Source: a virus
Lineage: Duplodnaviria > Caudoviricetes
Length of the DNA stretch: 57,354 nt
Virus record (IMG/VR): IMGVR_UViG_3300001279_000002
Coordinates: 1-57,354 of that record
Direction: 5' to 3' (one strand)
Under the pieces are notes generated by a model. The model had not been told where the DNA came from and did not search any database. It saw only the letters and a list, made by a program, of their open reading frames with translations. Every line of letters begins with the position of its first letter. The stretch's first letter is position 1. This document shows positions 1-9,034 of this stretch, in pieces. Position numbers and translations under genes: made by a program.

Positions 1-1102
1 CGGAGTCAAGTGTAAATGGCAGGGCGTCAATGCTGGCGGACACGGCGTCGAGCCCTTCTAACGTCATCCCCGGCTTTGCCAGGGATGAGATAAATTGCCC
101 CACCATATCAATCGGCGTCCACTTATCCAGCAACCAGTTATAACAGAGGAGCTTGTCAAACGTCCCCGCCGTTCCGCCCGCCTTCGATCTGTACGCCCAG
201 ATGACTTGATTGGCTGTCGGGTCCGACACGCCAATCATCAATTCTGGGTGGCTGTCGTCATAGTCGGCGAAAAACGTCTTATCGACTCGTTGCGTCCCAA
301 TCGGCGTAAGCTGCCCCGTGGCGTCCGTTTGCACAAATCCCTGGGCGGATAACAGGAACATGCGCTCGCCAGCGGTGACCAAGGAATAGGGGGCTAGCGC
401 CCCGCGATCTTTGGCCAAACGGTCAATTTGGAAAACAATGTCTGATCCTGGCGAAAAGATCATGCGCCGCATAGCGGAATCCTGGCACACGATTCCCATT
501 TCTCCGCCAACGACGCCGCGCACGACGCCGCCGTCTGGAAAGTCCTGATAGTCGGAATAATCAAGCGCAGGCGTCCACCCCGTCACATCATTAAGCGCGC
601 TCCACTGAATGCGGTAGGGATAGGAAAGCAGGCCCGACAGCACAACAAAACGGTTAACAATCGCGATATAGGCGGCCTGGGGAGGGCTCCCGGCAAGGTC
701 TGCGAATGCGGTTGACGACGACAGGTCGAACACTTGGGGAACGGCGTTTGCTTGAACCGCAATGACGAAATTATTGAACTGCGCGAATTGCCATTGCGCA
801 GAGCCGGACACAGCGGAATAGGCGGCCCCGCCCTTGGATACGTCAACCCACGTTAAGTTCGTGTTGTTCAACGTATAAACGCGCGTTGACGTAGCCGCGA
901 AAATCACAACGGAATTGTCTGATTTGTGCGCGAAAAAACATCCGCGACAGGGGCCCGTCAACGCGGCGGCGTATCCTGTCCAGCTCTTGAATGGGGCGTA
1001 TCCGTCCGCCGTAGGGAGCACGTTTTTGATGTATCCGGACGCGCCAGAGTTCAGATTGCTGAGGTCTGGCATGTACTGGGCAAAGGGTATCATTTTCGCC
1101 AT
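1..1102 (-). CDS. Virion structural protein (probable tail nozzle / DNA-stabilisation protein), 3'-truncated by window edge
   Basis: Not in the ORF track because it has no stop in the window. ATG at 1102 reads MAKMIPFAQYMPDLSNL... and the window edge reads ...SIDALPFTLDS; beta-rich, directly downstream of the adaptor gene. Confidence 0.7.
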   Translation of the reverse strand, partial: MAKMIPFAQYMPDLSNLNSGASGYIKNVLPTADGYAPFKSWTGYAAALTGPCRGCFFAHKSDNSVVIFAATSTRVYTLNNTNLTWVDVSKGGAAYSAVSGSAQWQFAQFNNFVIAVQANAVPQVFDLSSSTAFADLAGSPPQAAYIAIVNRFVVLSGLLSYPYRIQWSALNDVTGWTPALDYSDYQDFPDGGVVRGVVGGEMGIVCQDSAMRRMIFSPGSDIVFQIDRLAKDRGALAPYSLVTAGERMFLLSAQGFVQTDATGQLTPIGTQRVDKTFFADYDDSHPELMIGVSDPTANQVIWAYRSKAGGTAGTFDKLLCYNWLLDKWTPIDMVGQFISSLAKPGMTLEGLDAVSASIDALPFTLDS

Positions 1103-1105
1103 GTG

Positions 1106-1753
1106 CTAGAACCCCATAGCGTCGACGCGTGACTTACGCGTCTTGGTTTTACGCGTCGTCAGCGTTTTGAGATTGGCGAAGGCGTCAGCGATCGCCGATT
1201 GCATGCGCTGTTCAAGCGCGCTGTCATAAATTACGTGCAGCGCGAGCTCCAGTTTCGCGCGCGAGCGGATGAGGCGTTCAGCCTCATTCATCCAAACATT
1301 ATCAATCTCTGTGTCCGACGCGGGGGCTGGGCGGTTCTCAACAACCCCCGCGCGGACTTTCCAGATGTCAGTGGGAATCGGGTAAAGCCTAAGGGTTTCG
1401 TCATACCACCCAAATTCCCCAGGCTGTCCTGACATGGTGCCGTTTTGGGAAGCGCTCTCCAGCCTGATTTGGGGGCTTTGACGGAGCTCAAAGGGCGTGT
1501 TGCCGACGTATAAAAAGACAAAGTCAATTTTCATCAACGTCCCGAGCGAGGGAACGTCTGTCGCCGTATAGAATTCTTTCATAGCTGTTGTCCAAAAGAC
1601 AACATCCCGCGACTCGTTAAACCAAAACCTGTCACTATTATGGACGTCTATTGCGTCCATAATAGCTAGGTCTATTTGTGCGTTGATAGTGCTTCTTCGA
1701 ATCTCTGACGCTATGCGCGCCCGCATGGTCGCGAGAGTTCTTGTGCCAGCCAT
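1106..1753 (-). CDS. Putative head-tail adaptor protein
   Basis: 215 aa, TLATMRARIASEIRRS...LRLYPIP...NVWMNEAERLI pattern typical of podophage adaptors; position after head genes. Confidence 0.65.
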   Translation of the reverse strand: MAGTRTLATMRARIASEIRRSTINAQIDLAIMDAIDVHNSDRFWFNESRDVVFWTTAMKEFYTATDVPSLGTLMKIDFVFLYVGNTPFELRQSPQIRLESASQNGTMSGQPGEFGWYDETLRLYPIPTDIWKVRAGVVENRPAPASDTEIDNVWMNEAERLIRSRAKLELALHVIYDSALEQRMQSAIADAFANLKTLTTRKTKTRKSRVDAMGF

Positions 1754-1777
1754 CTTTAACCCCCCGCTGTATGCGGT

Positions 1778-2182
1778 TTATGCGTTGGGCATTGTGCGCC
1801 CGTAGGCTGTTACAGTGATAGCCTGCCCGGAGGCTATCGAGACATTATCAATAGTCATGTCTCCTCCGCCGCCTGTGGCTGTAACGGTTCCTTGCTCGTG
1901 GCATGTGGTTCCGGCCGTGTCCGTTATGCGATAATGGCCCGCCGTCCCTGGCGCCGCGCCAGCCCCCGCCCACGTCCCGGCCATCGCTACGGCCCCCGCC
2001 GACGCCGTGGCGAGCCAATCAGAGGGGAGCGCGATATCTGCGAGCAGCGTGCCCGACGCCGCCGCCGCGCAGTTGGCGGGGGGTGAACCAGAATAAATTT
2101 TCAGATAAGGCGACGTCCCTATAGTAACCTCATAGGTTGCAGCCATAGCGGTTCTAAGAACTGTCGATAGTTGAATAGCCAT
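1778..2182 (-). CDS. Virion-associated hypothetical protein
   Basis: 134 aa Ala/Gly/Thr-rich, LKIYSGSPPANC..GTLLA motif common in phage structural regions; AAGGA RBS. Confidence 0.6.
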   Translation of the reverse strand: MAIQLSTVLRTAMAATYEVTIGTSPYLKIYSGSPPANCAAAASGTLLADIALPSDWLATASAGAVAMAGTWAGAGAAPGTAGHYRITDTAGTTCHEQGTVTATGGGGDMTIDNVSIASGQAITVTAYGRTMPNA

Positions 2183-2227
2183 ATGTGTATTTCCTTAGAG
2201 TATTATTCCATTATGCTCTGTGGGCGG

Positions 2228-3172
2228 TTACGCCGCCGCCCACGACGCGGCGGCTATCCCCTTGTACAGGCCCGCGCTCGTGATAGACGCAGCGGCGTTT
2301 GCAGATAGGCCCGTAGCGTGTCCGGCGTAGACGCCCCAGCTAGACCCGTTTGTTGTGATGGATGAGTCGTCTGTGGTGAGCGCTATATCGCCAGTGATCA
2401 ATAACCCTGTTACCTCAAACGCAGACGCGCCACCAACAACTATGCCATTGGCTGGCACATTTAAGTTATACGGCGGGGCCTCTCCCGCCACAGAGGCGTG
2501 AGGAATTTCTGAGGCTAGCCCAGTAGCCGCGTAAACATAAACATCAGTTACTTGAGTGCTCCCCGTGTCCCCTATGGCTAGTGTCGCCGTCGCGCCGCTA
2601 GGATATGGGATGGTGAATATTGCTGGATAATTCCAGGTGTCCCCCCCATGAGCTCTAAGGGTGGCTGACGTCCCCCCAACCGTAAGAGAAGGATTTGGGG
2701 GGCGAGCGCCATGGTAAACTACTGTAATTATTAATATTCTGTCCGCTGAAGGTGTCCCAATGGCGACGTCGGCGATGGATATCGGCAAAACGGCAAGTGA
2801 TTGGCTTTTGCCAATATACGTCAGGACGCTCCCAGCGGCGGCAGTCCCTGTAAACGCGCCCGTTACCGTCGCCAGGGTCGCAGAAGAAGCCGCCTGCAGG
2901 CCGTCCGCCACGGTCAGCGCGCCCGTTACCGTCGCCAGGGTCGCAGAAGAAGCCGCCTGCAGGCCGTCCGCCACGGTCAGCGCGCCCGTTACCGTCGCCA
3001 GGGTCGCAGAAGAGGCTATATGCGAAGAGTTAATGGCGGTAAGCGCTCCCAGGATAGGCCCAAGCCAAGATGACTGCTCGCCCCCTGTGGACGATCCCCG
3101 GAAGCCTTCTAGGATAACGCTCCGTGCAGGCGCATGAACGGCGTTTCCCACAAAAGCATGCGCAACAGACAT
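2228..3172 (-). CDS. Putative fibre/spike-like structural protein with 21-aa tandem repeats
   Basis: 314 aa Ala/Thr/Gly-rich with repeated SSATLATVTGALTVADGLQAA. Confidence 0.55.
   Translation of the reverse strand: MSVAHAFVGNAVHAPARSVILEGFRGSSTGGEQSSWLGPILGALTAINSSHIASSATLATVTGALTVADGLQAASSATLATVTGALTVADGLQAASSATLATVTGAFTGTAAAGSVLTYIGKSQSLAVLPISIADVAIGTPSADRILIITVVYHGARPPNPSLTVGGTSATLRAHGGDTWNYPAIFTIPYPSGATATLAIGDTGSTQVTDVYVYAATGLASEIPHASVAGEAPPYNLNVPANGIVVGGASAFEVTGLLITGDIALTTDDSSITTNGSSWGVYAGHATGLSANAAASITSAGLYKGIAAASWAAA
2855..3013. repeat. 63-bp tandem repeat (~2.5 copies) inside CDS
   Basis: Units start at 2855, 2918, 2981 and are essentially identical at DNA level. Confidence 0.9.
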
Positions 3173-3193
3173 GTGCTTTACCCCCGGACATTC

Positions 3194-3502
3194 TTAACCG
3201 CCAGAAACGACAGGGAAAAAGTCAATAGTCACGGTTCCTGTGGTCACAACGACGTCAACACGCCATTCCATTTCCGCGCCAGCGTCTAAAACGCCAAGAT
3301 CACTAACGCTTGCGTTTAGCATGGTTGCTGTTTTGGCCACGTCAGCAGGAAGCCATATGTCAGCGTCTTTCCACGGCGCGCGCGCTGGGCGGAACATGAG
3401 TTGCGCTGATCCTGTCCCCGAAAGAACAGCGTAATAAATGACGCGGCGACTCCGCACCGTATGCGTTTGGCCACTTGCATTGAAAACTGTGCGTTCGCCC
3501 AT
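3194..3502 (-). CDS. Hypothetical virion-region protein
   Basis: Start refined to MGERTVF (3502) after AAGGGG RBS; co-oriented in operon. Confidence 0.55.
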   Translation of the reverse strand: MGERTVFNASGQTHTVRSRRVIYYAVLSGTGSAQLMFRPARAPWKDADIWLPADVAKTATMLNASVSDLGVLDAGAEMEWRVDVVVTTGTVTIDFFPVVSGG

Positions 3503-3617
3503 AGAAGGCCCCCTTATTTGAGACTCTAGCGCGGGCGGAGCCACGCGCAACCCCGCCCGCATGAGCCTGCTACGAATGGTGGAGCCCTTCCCACAACCGC
3601 CGCAAGCTCAATTCACG

Positions 3618-4013
3618 TTAGCTGTCCGCTGCAAACGCCTTAACTACCAGATAAGAAACGACAATCGTTCCATTAAAGGCGGCGCTCCCCGTGTCCTTGT
3701 TATGGACGAGGAAAACACAGCTCCCTGCCGCTGGCTTAACCGTCCCCAGCACAGGGACGCCTGTTGTAGCCGTGCCCAGAGCGACGGAGGCCAGGACAAT
3801 ATCGCCCGCCGCAATCTCTGTGTTGGTCATAGTCAGCGTATAGACGGCGTCTTTGGCCGTCGTCAGGCTCTCTGACGTGATTTTGCCAACTTTGCCGGTG
3901 ACCGTGACCGCGCCAGATGACGCTGTCCCGTCGACAAAGTCGCCGCCCAGGCCCGCCATTCCCAAAACCTTATTGCGGTTAAAATTTTCTTGACCGCCCG
4001 CCCCGTGACTCAT
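3618..4013 (-). CDS. Putative head decoration/structural protein
   Basis: 131 aa beta-rich (GKITSESLTTA...FNGTIVVSYLV), tightly coupled to upstream gene. Confidence 0.55.
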   Translation of the reverse strand: MSHGAGGQENFNRNKVLGMAGLGGDFVDGTASSGAVTVTGKVGKITSESLTTAKDAVYTLTMTNTEIAAGDIVLASVALGTATTGVPVLGTVKPAAGSCVFLVHNKDTGSAAFNGTIVVSYLVVKAFAADS

Positions 4014-4016
4014 TGC

Positions 4017-4781
4017 CTACTCTCCCGTTTTCCATTTCCCGGCCTTAAGCCAGTCTCCAATTTTCCCGGAAAACGTCTTGTAGCCGACATGATGCAGCTT
4101 AAGCTCCGGGTCCATCCACACACTACCGCCTGTATCTCGATAACGCTTGCAGAATGAGAAATCCTCTCCCCAATAGGCCCCGTGATCAGGCTCCTTATGG
4201 GAGTCAAAAACAGCCCAGGCTTCGCCATTGGGCGACGGCGGACTTGCAAACCGCAGATCCGGATTTGCGTCAACGATCGCCTGCACGGCCTTGCGTGACA
4301 GACGGAGAAACCCGGCCGGAACGCCTTCAACTTCGATAAGGCCGCCATTTTGGGGCTCACCTGTCTCTGGATTGCGCGCCACGAGGCCGCGCCCGTCAGC
4401 GTCAGGAAGCCAGCGGACGGAATAGCTCTCCGGGTCGACGCGGTGAGGATAGACGCCAGCGACAAAGTCAGCCTTGCGCTCCAACAGGGAGACAAGCGCG
4501 CCCTGCTCCCACGCCACATCAAAATCTATCATCACGATGTCTGTAGCGTCGGACGCCAGGAACTGCGCCAGCATGATGGCGCGGCAGTGGGCAATCAGCG
4601 CGTTTCCGGACTCGTCGATAAGGCTGAAGCGCCATCCATGCTCAATCAGGCCCAGGGCGTCGACAAGGAGGCTGCGCATAGTGGCCAAGTGCACTTGGCC
4701 GGTGTAGCTTGGGATGGCCAGCCAAACGTATTTGGCGGGCTCGCCCTGGGCAAATTCAACAGTAAGGGCTTCGTCGTTCAT
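4017..4781 (-). CDS. GT-A fold (GT2-like) glycosyltransferase
   Basis: LAIPSY start motif, MIDFD (DxD), GEDFSFC catalytic motif, C-terminal LHHVG. Confidence 0.75.
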   Translation of the reverse strand: MNDEALTVEFAQGEPAKYVWLAIPSYTGQVHLATMRSLLVDALGLIEHGWRFSLIDESGNALIAHCRAIMLAQFLASDATDIVMIDFDVAWEQGALVSLLERKADFVAGVYPHRVDPESYSVRWLPDADGRGLVARNPETGEPQNGGLIEVEGVPAGFLRLSRKAVQAIVDANPDLRFASPPSPNGEAWAVFDSHKEPDHGAYWGEDFSFCKRYRDTGGSVWMDPELKLHHVGYKTFSGKIGDWLKAGKWKTGE

Positions 4782-5311
4782 TGGGGGCTCCAGCGAGAGG
4801 GCTTCACGGCGCGCAACACAAAACGATGCTGCTGGTCTACCGCGATATTAGAAAATTCAAGGTCATAGTCCGCTTTGTAGCAAAAGCGGTAATCCGTCAT
4901 CGGGGTTTTTCCGACGTCGGCGTAAGCGGGCTGATGCAAAAACAGGAACGACTCGGGACAGATTATGCGCGTGTGCCCAGGATCGCCCCAGGCCCATGGG
5001 GAAGAGCGGTGGGGCGAAACGCCCAGGAAGCGCCCGCCAGGGCGCAGGATGCGCCAGAAATCAGACCACTGATCGAAGAAAAAGCGAAAGTCGCCTTGCT
5101 GGCCCATGTGCTCCAGCACATCGTAAGCGTGGATTTCGTCAAAGGAATCGTCGGCGAATGGCAAGGGCAGTTGCGCCATGTCGTGAACGACGTCAGGCTT
5201 ATGCGCGTCTGAAAAATCAAGCGTGGTCAGGGCGGACCATGAGGTCCGCCCTTCAACGTAAAGCTTTTTCTCGCGGTTCGAACCACAGCCGAGAAGAAGC
5301 TCTTTCATCAA
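4778..5311 (-). CDS. Class I SAM-dependent methyltransferase
   Basis: LLLGCG motif I, LPFADDSFDEIHAYDVLEH, RILRPGG; overlaps the GT start (ATGA). Confidence 0.85.
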   Translation of the reverse strand: MMKELLLGCGSNREKKLYVEGRTSWSALTTLDFSDAHKPDVVHDMAQLPLPFADDSFDEIHAYDVLEHMGQQGDFRFFFDQWSDFWRILRPGGRFLGVSPHRSSPWAWGDPGHTRIICPESFLFLHQPAYADVGKTPMTDYRFCYKADYDLEFSNIAVDQQHRFVLRAVKPSRWSPQ

Positions 5312-5637
5312 ATCGAGCCCTTCAACAGCCCGAGCGTGACAAGGTCCGCCCTGATCTGGTTGACGAGCGTCACGACGGCGGCCTGACGCGCGATCAGGCT
5401 GTTTACCGCCGCAACGACGGCGTCGCCCTGGGCGGCCGTCGCAAACCCATAGGGGGCTGTAGACGTCGCGGCCGTGGATACGGCCGTTGTGATCGCGGTT
5501 GACGCCACGACAGACTGCGCCGTTGTGGCGGGCTGGGCGACGGGAGTCGCGCCGTAGAATCCTACGGTGTCAGTCGCCGCGTCGCCAATGATTCCGCCGC
5601 CTGTCAGGGTGACGGTTACGCCTGCTAAAGTAGCCAT
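5308..5637 (-). CDS. Putative head fibre/decoration protein
   Basis: VGFYGATPVAQP...IRADLVTLGLLKG pattern; follows capsid gene. Confidence 0.55.
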   Translation of the reverse strand: MATLAGVTVTLTGGGIIGDAATDTVGFYGATPVAQPATTAQSVVASTAITTAVSTAATSTAPYGFATAAQGDAVVAAVNSLIARQAAVVTLVNQIRADLVTLGLLKGSI

Positions 5638-5651
5638 GTGCTCGCCCTCCC

Positions 5652-6059
5652 TTAAGCGTCGTTGTCAGGAACGTAGGAGATGACAATCACGGCTTCGCCG
5701 GTTGTCCCTGTCCCTACGTTGGTGACCATGGCGTAAACATCGGTGTCGGCGGCAAACGACAGGTCAGACCCGCGAAGGACGGTAGTCGCCCCTGTTGATC
5801 CTTCCGCGACGTCTGCGGCGGCCACAATGTCGTTATAGGTGGACGAATTCTCGCCGACTGTGAGAATGGGCGTCCCGCCCGCGAAAGCCGTCGTGATGTT
5901 CACCATCGCGCTCAAAATCTGCGCCCCTTTCGGGAGCGGATTCGGGAACTTAACCCCGGTCGCAATCCCAGAATCGGCGTAGGTGATTTTCTTGCGAAGG
6001 TAGTGAACTTGCTGTGTAGGCAGCTCACGAGCGGTAGTGCCAGCTGTGTTAGTAGTCAT
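5652..6059 (-). CDS. Putative capsid cement/decoration protein
   Basis: 135 aa jelly-roll-like (LPKGAQIL..V.ITTAF..GT..LTVG) immediately downstream of major capsid gene; GGGAGG RBS. Confidence 0.6.
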   Translation of the reverse strand: MTTNTAGTTARELPTQQVHYLRKKITYADSGIATGVKFPNPLPKGAQILSAMVNITTAFAGGTPILTVGENSSTYNDIVAAADVAEGSTGATTVLRGSDLSFAADTDVYAMVTNVGTGTTGEAVIVISYVPDNDA

Positions 6060-6071
6060 TCCGGCCCTCCC

Positions 6072-6747
6072 TTAGCTAGAAGCTGCGGCGTAGGTGTGGA
6101 TGGTGACAGTGCCAAAGTCGGCGCTGTTGAAGCGGGACTTCTTAAGACCCCAGATCGCCCAGCTGGATACTTCCAGCTTACGTTTGTGATCAAAGAGCTC
6201 CTCATTCCAGCGGTACTTCCCCTGTCCGGGGTTGTTCTGCTGGCCGTAAGCGATCATCGCAGCCTGGGCTCCAAGGAGCACAGCGCGGTGAACGGAAGTA
6301 AGGGCGAGGCTGGTAGACTCGCTGACGCCGGTTGCGACGTCCTGCGAAGAACGGAGAATCACCCCGTTATATTCGCCCAGAGCGCCGGTATAGATGGGAT
6401 TGTCAGTGACTTTACCGCCCATCATTGCGGCCTTCTGAATATCCATCCACTGCCCAGAAGAGGCGTTTGTGCGCATGGAGGTGACTTGATATGGATGCAA
6501 GTAGCAGACGTATTTAGGCTGTCCGCCAATCCGGATTGGCCGCACCATGTTGTTGCCAACTTTGGCAAGTTCCACAGCCTGATCAATCAAGTTCAAAGTG
6601 AACACGTCCGACGAAGTAAGACCGTCGTCAGTCGTGCCAGAGCCCGCCGTGATCTTACGCGTCGACGACGGCGCGACAGTAGCGTTAAGGCCCGTGTATT
6701 TAGTGTTGGTCTGCGCCGTATTGCCGCAAACCTGATTGAAAAAGCTG
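6072..6747 (-). CDS. Major capsid protein (N4-gp56/DUF4043-like), exon 2
   Basis: After splicing reads (I)SFFNQVCGNTAQ...YVCYLHPYQVTSMR...GALGEYNGVILR...RAVLLGAQAA...WGLKKSRFNSADFG; in frame with ORF 6072..6605. Confidence 0.88.
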
Positions 6748-7556
6748 CTTTACCTTCGCATCCGCGCGCTGGGCGAACACCGCTCTTTCGAGCTGCTCAT
6801 GGTTTCCCATGAGAGGAGATCATATCATCATCCGCTTTCGCGGAGCCGGGCGCTTCCAGCCGCTTGGCTGTACGGGGTCCCCCTGATCGTTGCGCCTTCC
6901 CTCGACTCGGCGATCCTTTACGAGGATTCCGCCGTTTTGCCGTTTGCCAAAGTTGCAATTATAACAAAGCACTTCAAGATCATCTCGCATACCATTCCGT
7001 AAGATATCTATGTACAGCCCTATGCCGAATTCACGATAGCCGTTTTCTTTTCTAAGCTTCCACCCATCATTATTTATATGATCGATGGTCAAAAACAGTC
7101 TTTCTCGTTCTCCGCAAGCTCTGCACTCATCGCCATACAAATCAAATACTTTATTTTTGATTCGCATGTATCTTACACGGTCTAACTCTTTTGCCCGTTG
7201 CCGCCGCTCTGGCGTCCACACAGCAAGAGGATTCTCTTGATACCGTTCCCGCGCTTTCTGGAGTCTTTCTACCTTATTTGCCTGATGGTGCGACTCAACC
7301 CTTTCGGTGTTGCACTCTTTGCACTCGTGGCGGCGGTAGCCTTTCTCTCGATTGTACACAGGGAACGTATTTAAAGGCTTCGTCTCATTGCACTTTTTAC
7401 AGATTCTGGTCATTAGGGCTCCTGGAGTTTTCTAACCACCAGAATTTCTAACCACCACAACCCCGACTGTCAAGGGCTTGGTTCAGGATTGCCGCCGTCT
7501 TTCACGCTGCGGTGTTCCCTGAGTTCACCCGGTTTAGAGTCCACCAGACTTAGTTA
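6748..7556 (-). mobile_element. Group I self-splicing intron (809 nt) in the major capsid gene
   Basis: P1: exon AGUCCAU pairs with IGS GUGGACU with a U.G pair at the splice site; P element GAACUCAGGGAAC; Q AAUCCUGAACCAAGC; R GCAACGAUCAG; S GAUGAUAUGAUCU; P3 CCGGGUG/CGCCCGG; GAAA-capped P9 hairpins; terminal G at 6748. Splicing restores the frame (AT|C = Ile) to give a 358-aa capsid protein. Confidence 0.93.
6820..7413 (-). CDS. Intron-encoded HNH homing endonuclease
   Basis: CxxC zinc knuckles, CRACGE..LTIDHINNDG...LEVLCYNCN; lies within the intron and its 3' end overlaps ribozyme core elements. Confidence 0.85.
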   Translation of the reverse strand: MTRICKKCNETKPLNTFPVYNREKGYRRHECKECNTERVESHHQANKVERLQKARERYQENPLAVWTPERRQRAKELDRVRYMRIKNKVFDLYGDECRACGERERLFLTIDHINNDGWKLRKENGYREFGIGLYIDILRNGMRDDLEVLCYNCNFGKRQNGGILVKDRRVEGRRNDQGDPVQPSGWKRPAPRKRMMI

Positions 7557-7957
7557 ATGGACTTTCTGTCGCTCCACCACTCGCCCAAAGCATCCTTGCT
7601 CTGCTGGCGGAGGTCGAACGGAACGCGCTGGGCGTCAATCGTGTTGTCCGAACGGACGCCGACGACGTGGCCGAGCTCGTTGATTGTGATGGCGTCGGAA
7701 TAGATCGAGAGCGATTCGCCGTTGCCTTCAGCGACTTCGCTTTCGCTTTTGCCTTCGCCAGTAAGACGAGCGCGAAGGCCAAAGGTGACCTTATCGCCCG
7801 GACCTTTCCGGGATTCGCTTTTGAGTTGGATAATCGAGTTATCCCCCTCACCGATCAAGGGAGCAATGTCCAAGTACTCGCGCTCTGCGACCGCAAGCAT
7901 TTTGCTCCATAGCTTGATCGCCATGGCGTCATTAACGCCAAACGATGTAGTTGCCAT
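7557..7957 (-). CDS. Major capsid protein (N4-gp56/DUF4043-like), exon 1
   Basis: MATTSFGVNDAMAIKLWSK...KGPGDKVTFGLRARLTGEG...AEGNGESL...QRVPFDLR..KDALGEWW. Confidence 0.88.
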
Positions 7958-8220
7958 AAAGGCCCCTTCAAGTAATGGGTGCAGTTATTATTTTGAGGAT
8001 TTGCGCGGTATCGCCAGCGCGGCGGATTTGGTCTTTAAGGCGGCCAAGAGCCCGGACTGCTCCTCTGTAACGGAGAGGCTCCGAACACCCATTTGTGAGC
8101 GCTGGGCGGGGCGCTTGCTGCGTTCCCTCGTTAGCGGAGAGGGGCCGAAATGAGACAAGCTCACGAAGAAAACGCTATCACGCGCGCGGTGGCTAAGCAA
8201 GTCCCCCGCGCGCCGTGGTT

Positions 8221-8877
8221 TTACTCGTTTTCGCGCGCGTCAACGACAAGAACGCCGCCGTTTCGACGCCTCCCATATTTGCAGTTGAAGCACAAAACTT
8301 GCAGCTCTGGCGGCATGCCCAGGCGGAGGATATCGAGATAGAGCCCGTTCCCGTCCGCGCGATAGCCGGGGACACGGACGAAATCACGCTCCGTGAAGTC
8401 GACGGGGACGACAGTCAGAAAATACGGGTTCGACTCCCCACATGCGACGCAGCCCCCGGCATAGCCAACAAGGCGGCGCAGAACTGCCATGGAATATGCA
8501 AGCTTCTCCCCCGCGCGCTCCCGGCGCGCCGCTTTCGCCGCGTCCGGATCGTAGCGTGCTCGCGCCTGGGCAAGCCGCGCCGCCATGTCCCCGGCGTGGT
8601 GCGCCTCAACGCGGGCCGTGTTGCAGACCCTGCAGGCGTGGCGGCGCATGCCGCTTTCGCCGCGCACGAAGGGAAACGCCTCAATAGGCTTGACCACTTT
8701 GCATTTTTTGCATTTTCGTTGCGCCTCCGCGATAAGCGCACAGGCTTTGCATGTGTGCCGCCTTTTCTGGGCGGCCCCGAAGTTGTAAATCGGGAACTCC
8801 GTTAACACCTTCTTTTTCTTACAGACTTTGCATCGCCGCTTGTTCGTCGCGTCGACGGCCGCGCTAATTTCGGACAC
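8221..8877 (-). CDS. Free-standing, probably inactive HNH-like protein paralogous to the intron endonuclease
   Basis: GTG start at 8877 after AAAGGGG; duplicated zinc-knuckle unit; C-terminus aligns with the intron HNH but LTIDH is LTVVP and CYNCN is CFNCK. Confidence 0.7.
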   Translation of the reverse strand: MSEISAAVDATNKRRCKVCKKKKVLTEFPIYNFGAAQKRRHTCKACALIAEAQRKCKKCKVVKPIEAFPFVRGESGMRRHACRVCNTARVEAHHAGDMAARLAQARARYDPDAAKAARRERAGEKLAYSMAVLRRLVGYAGGCVACGESNPYFLTVVPVDFTERDFVRVPGYRADGNGLYLDILRLGMPPELQVLCFNCKYGRRRNGGVLVVDARENE

Positions 8878-8887
8878 TTGGGGCCCC

Positions 8888-8944
8888 TTTCCGAAATTTT
8901 CAGGAGTTTTCCGATATTTTCCGAAGTTTTCCGATATTTTCCGA
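8888..8944. repeat. Six TTTTCCGA-like units at 10-bp period
   Basis: tttccgaaa ttttcaggag ttttccgata ttttccgaag ttttccgata ttttccga. Confidence 0.85.
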
Positions 8945-9034
8945 CGCGCGCCAGAAATTTGGCAACAAAAAAGCCCACGCAGACCTCTCGAAAGAGATTC
9001 GCATGGGCTTCTCACGCCCCCTCATCAAGAAGGA

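Noticed and set aside
6072-7957. Capsid gene as a pseudogene or two separate genes
   Set aside because: Group I core elements and an exact frame-restoring splice junction explain the split
8888-8944. CRISPR array (also considered for 40400-40725 and 49652-49686)
   Set aside because: Units are 5-10 bp with no unique spacers and no cas genes
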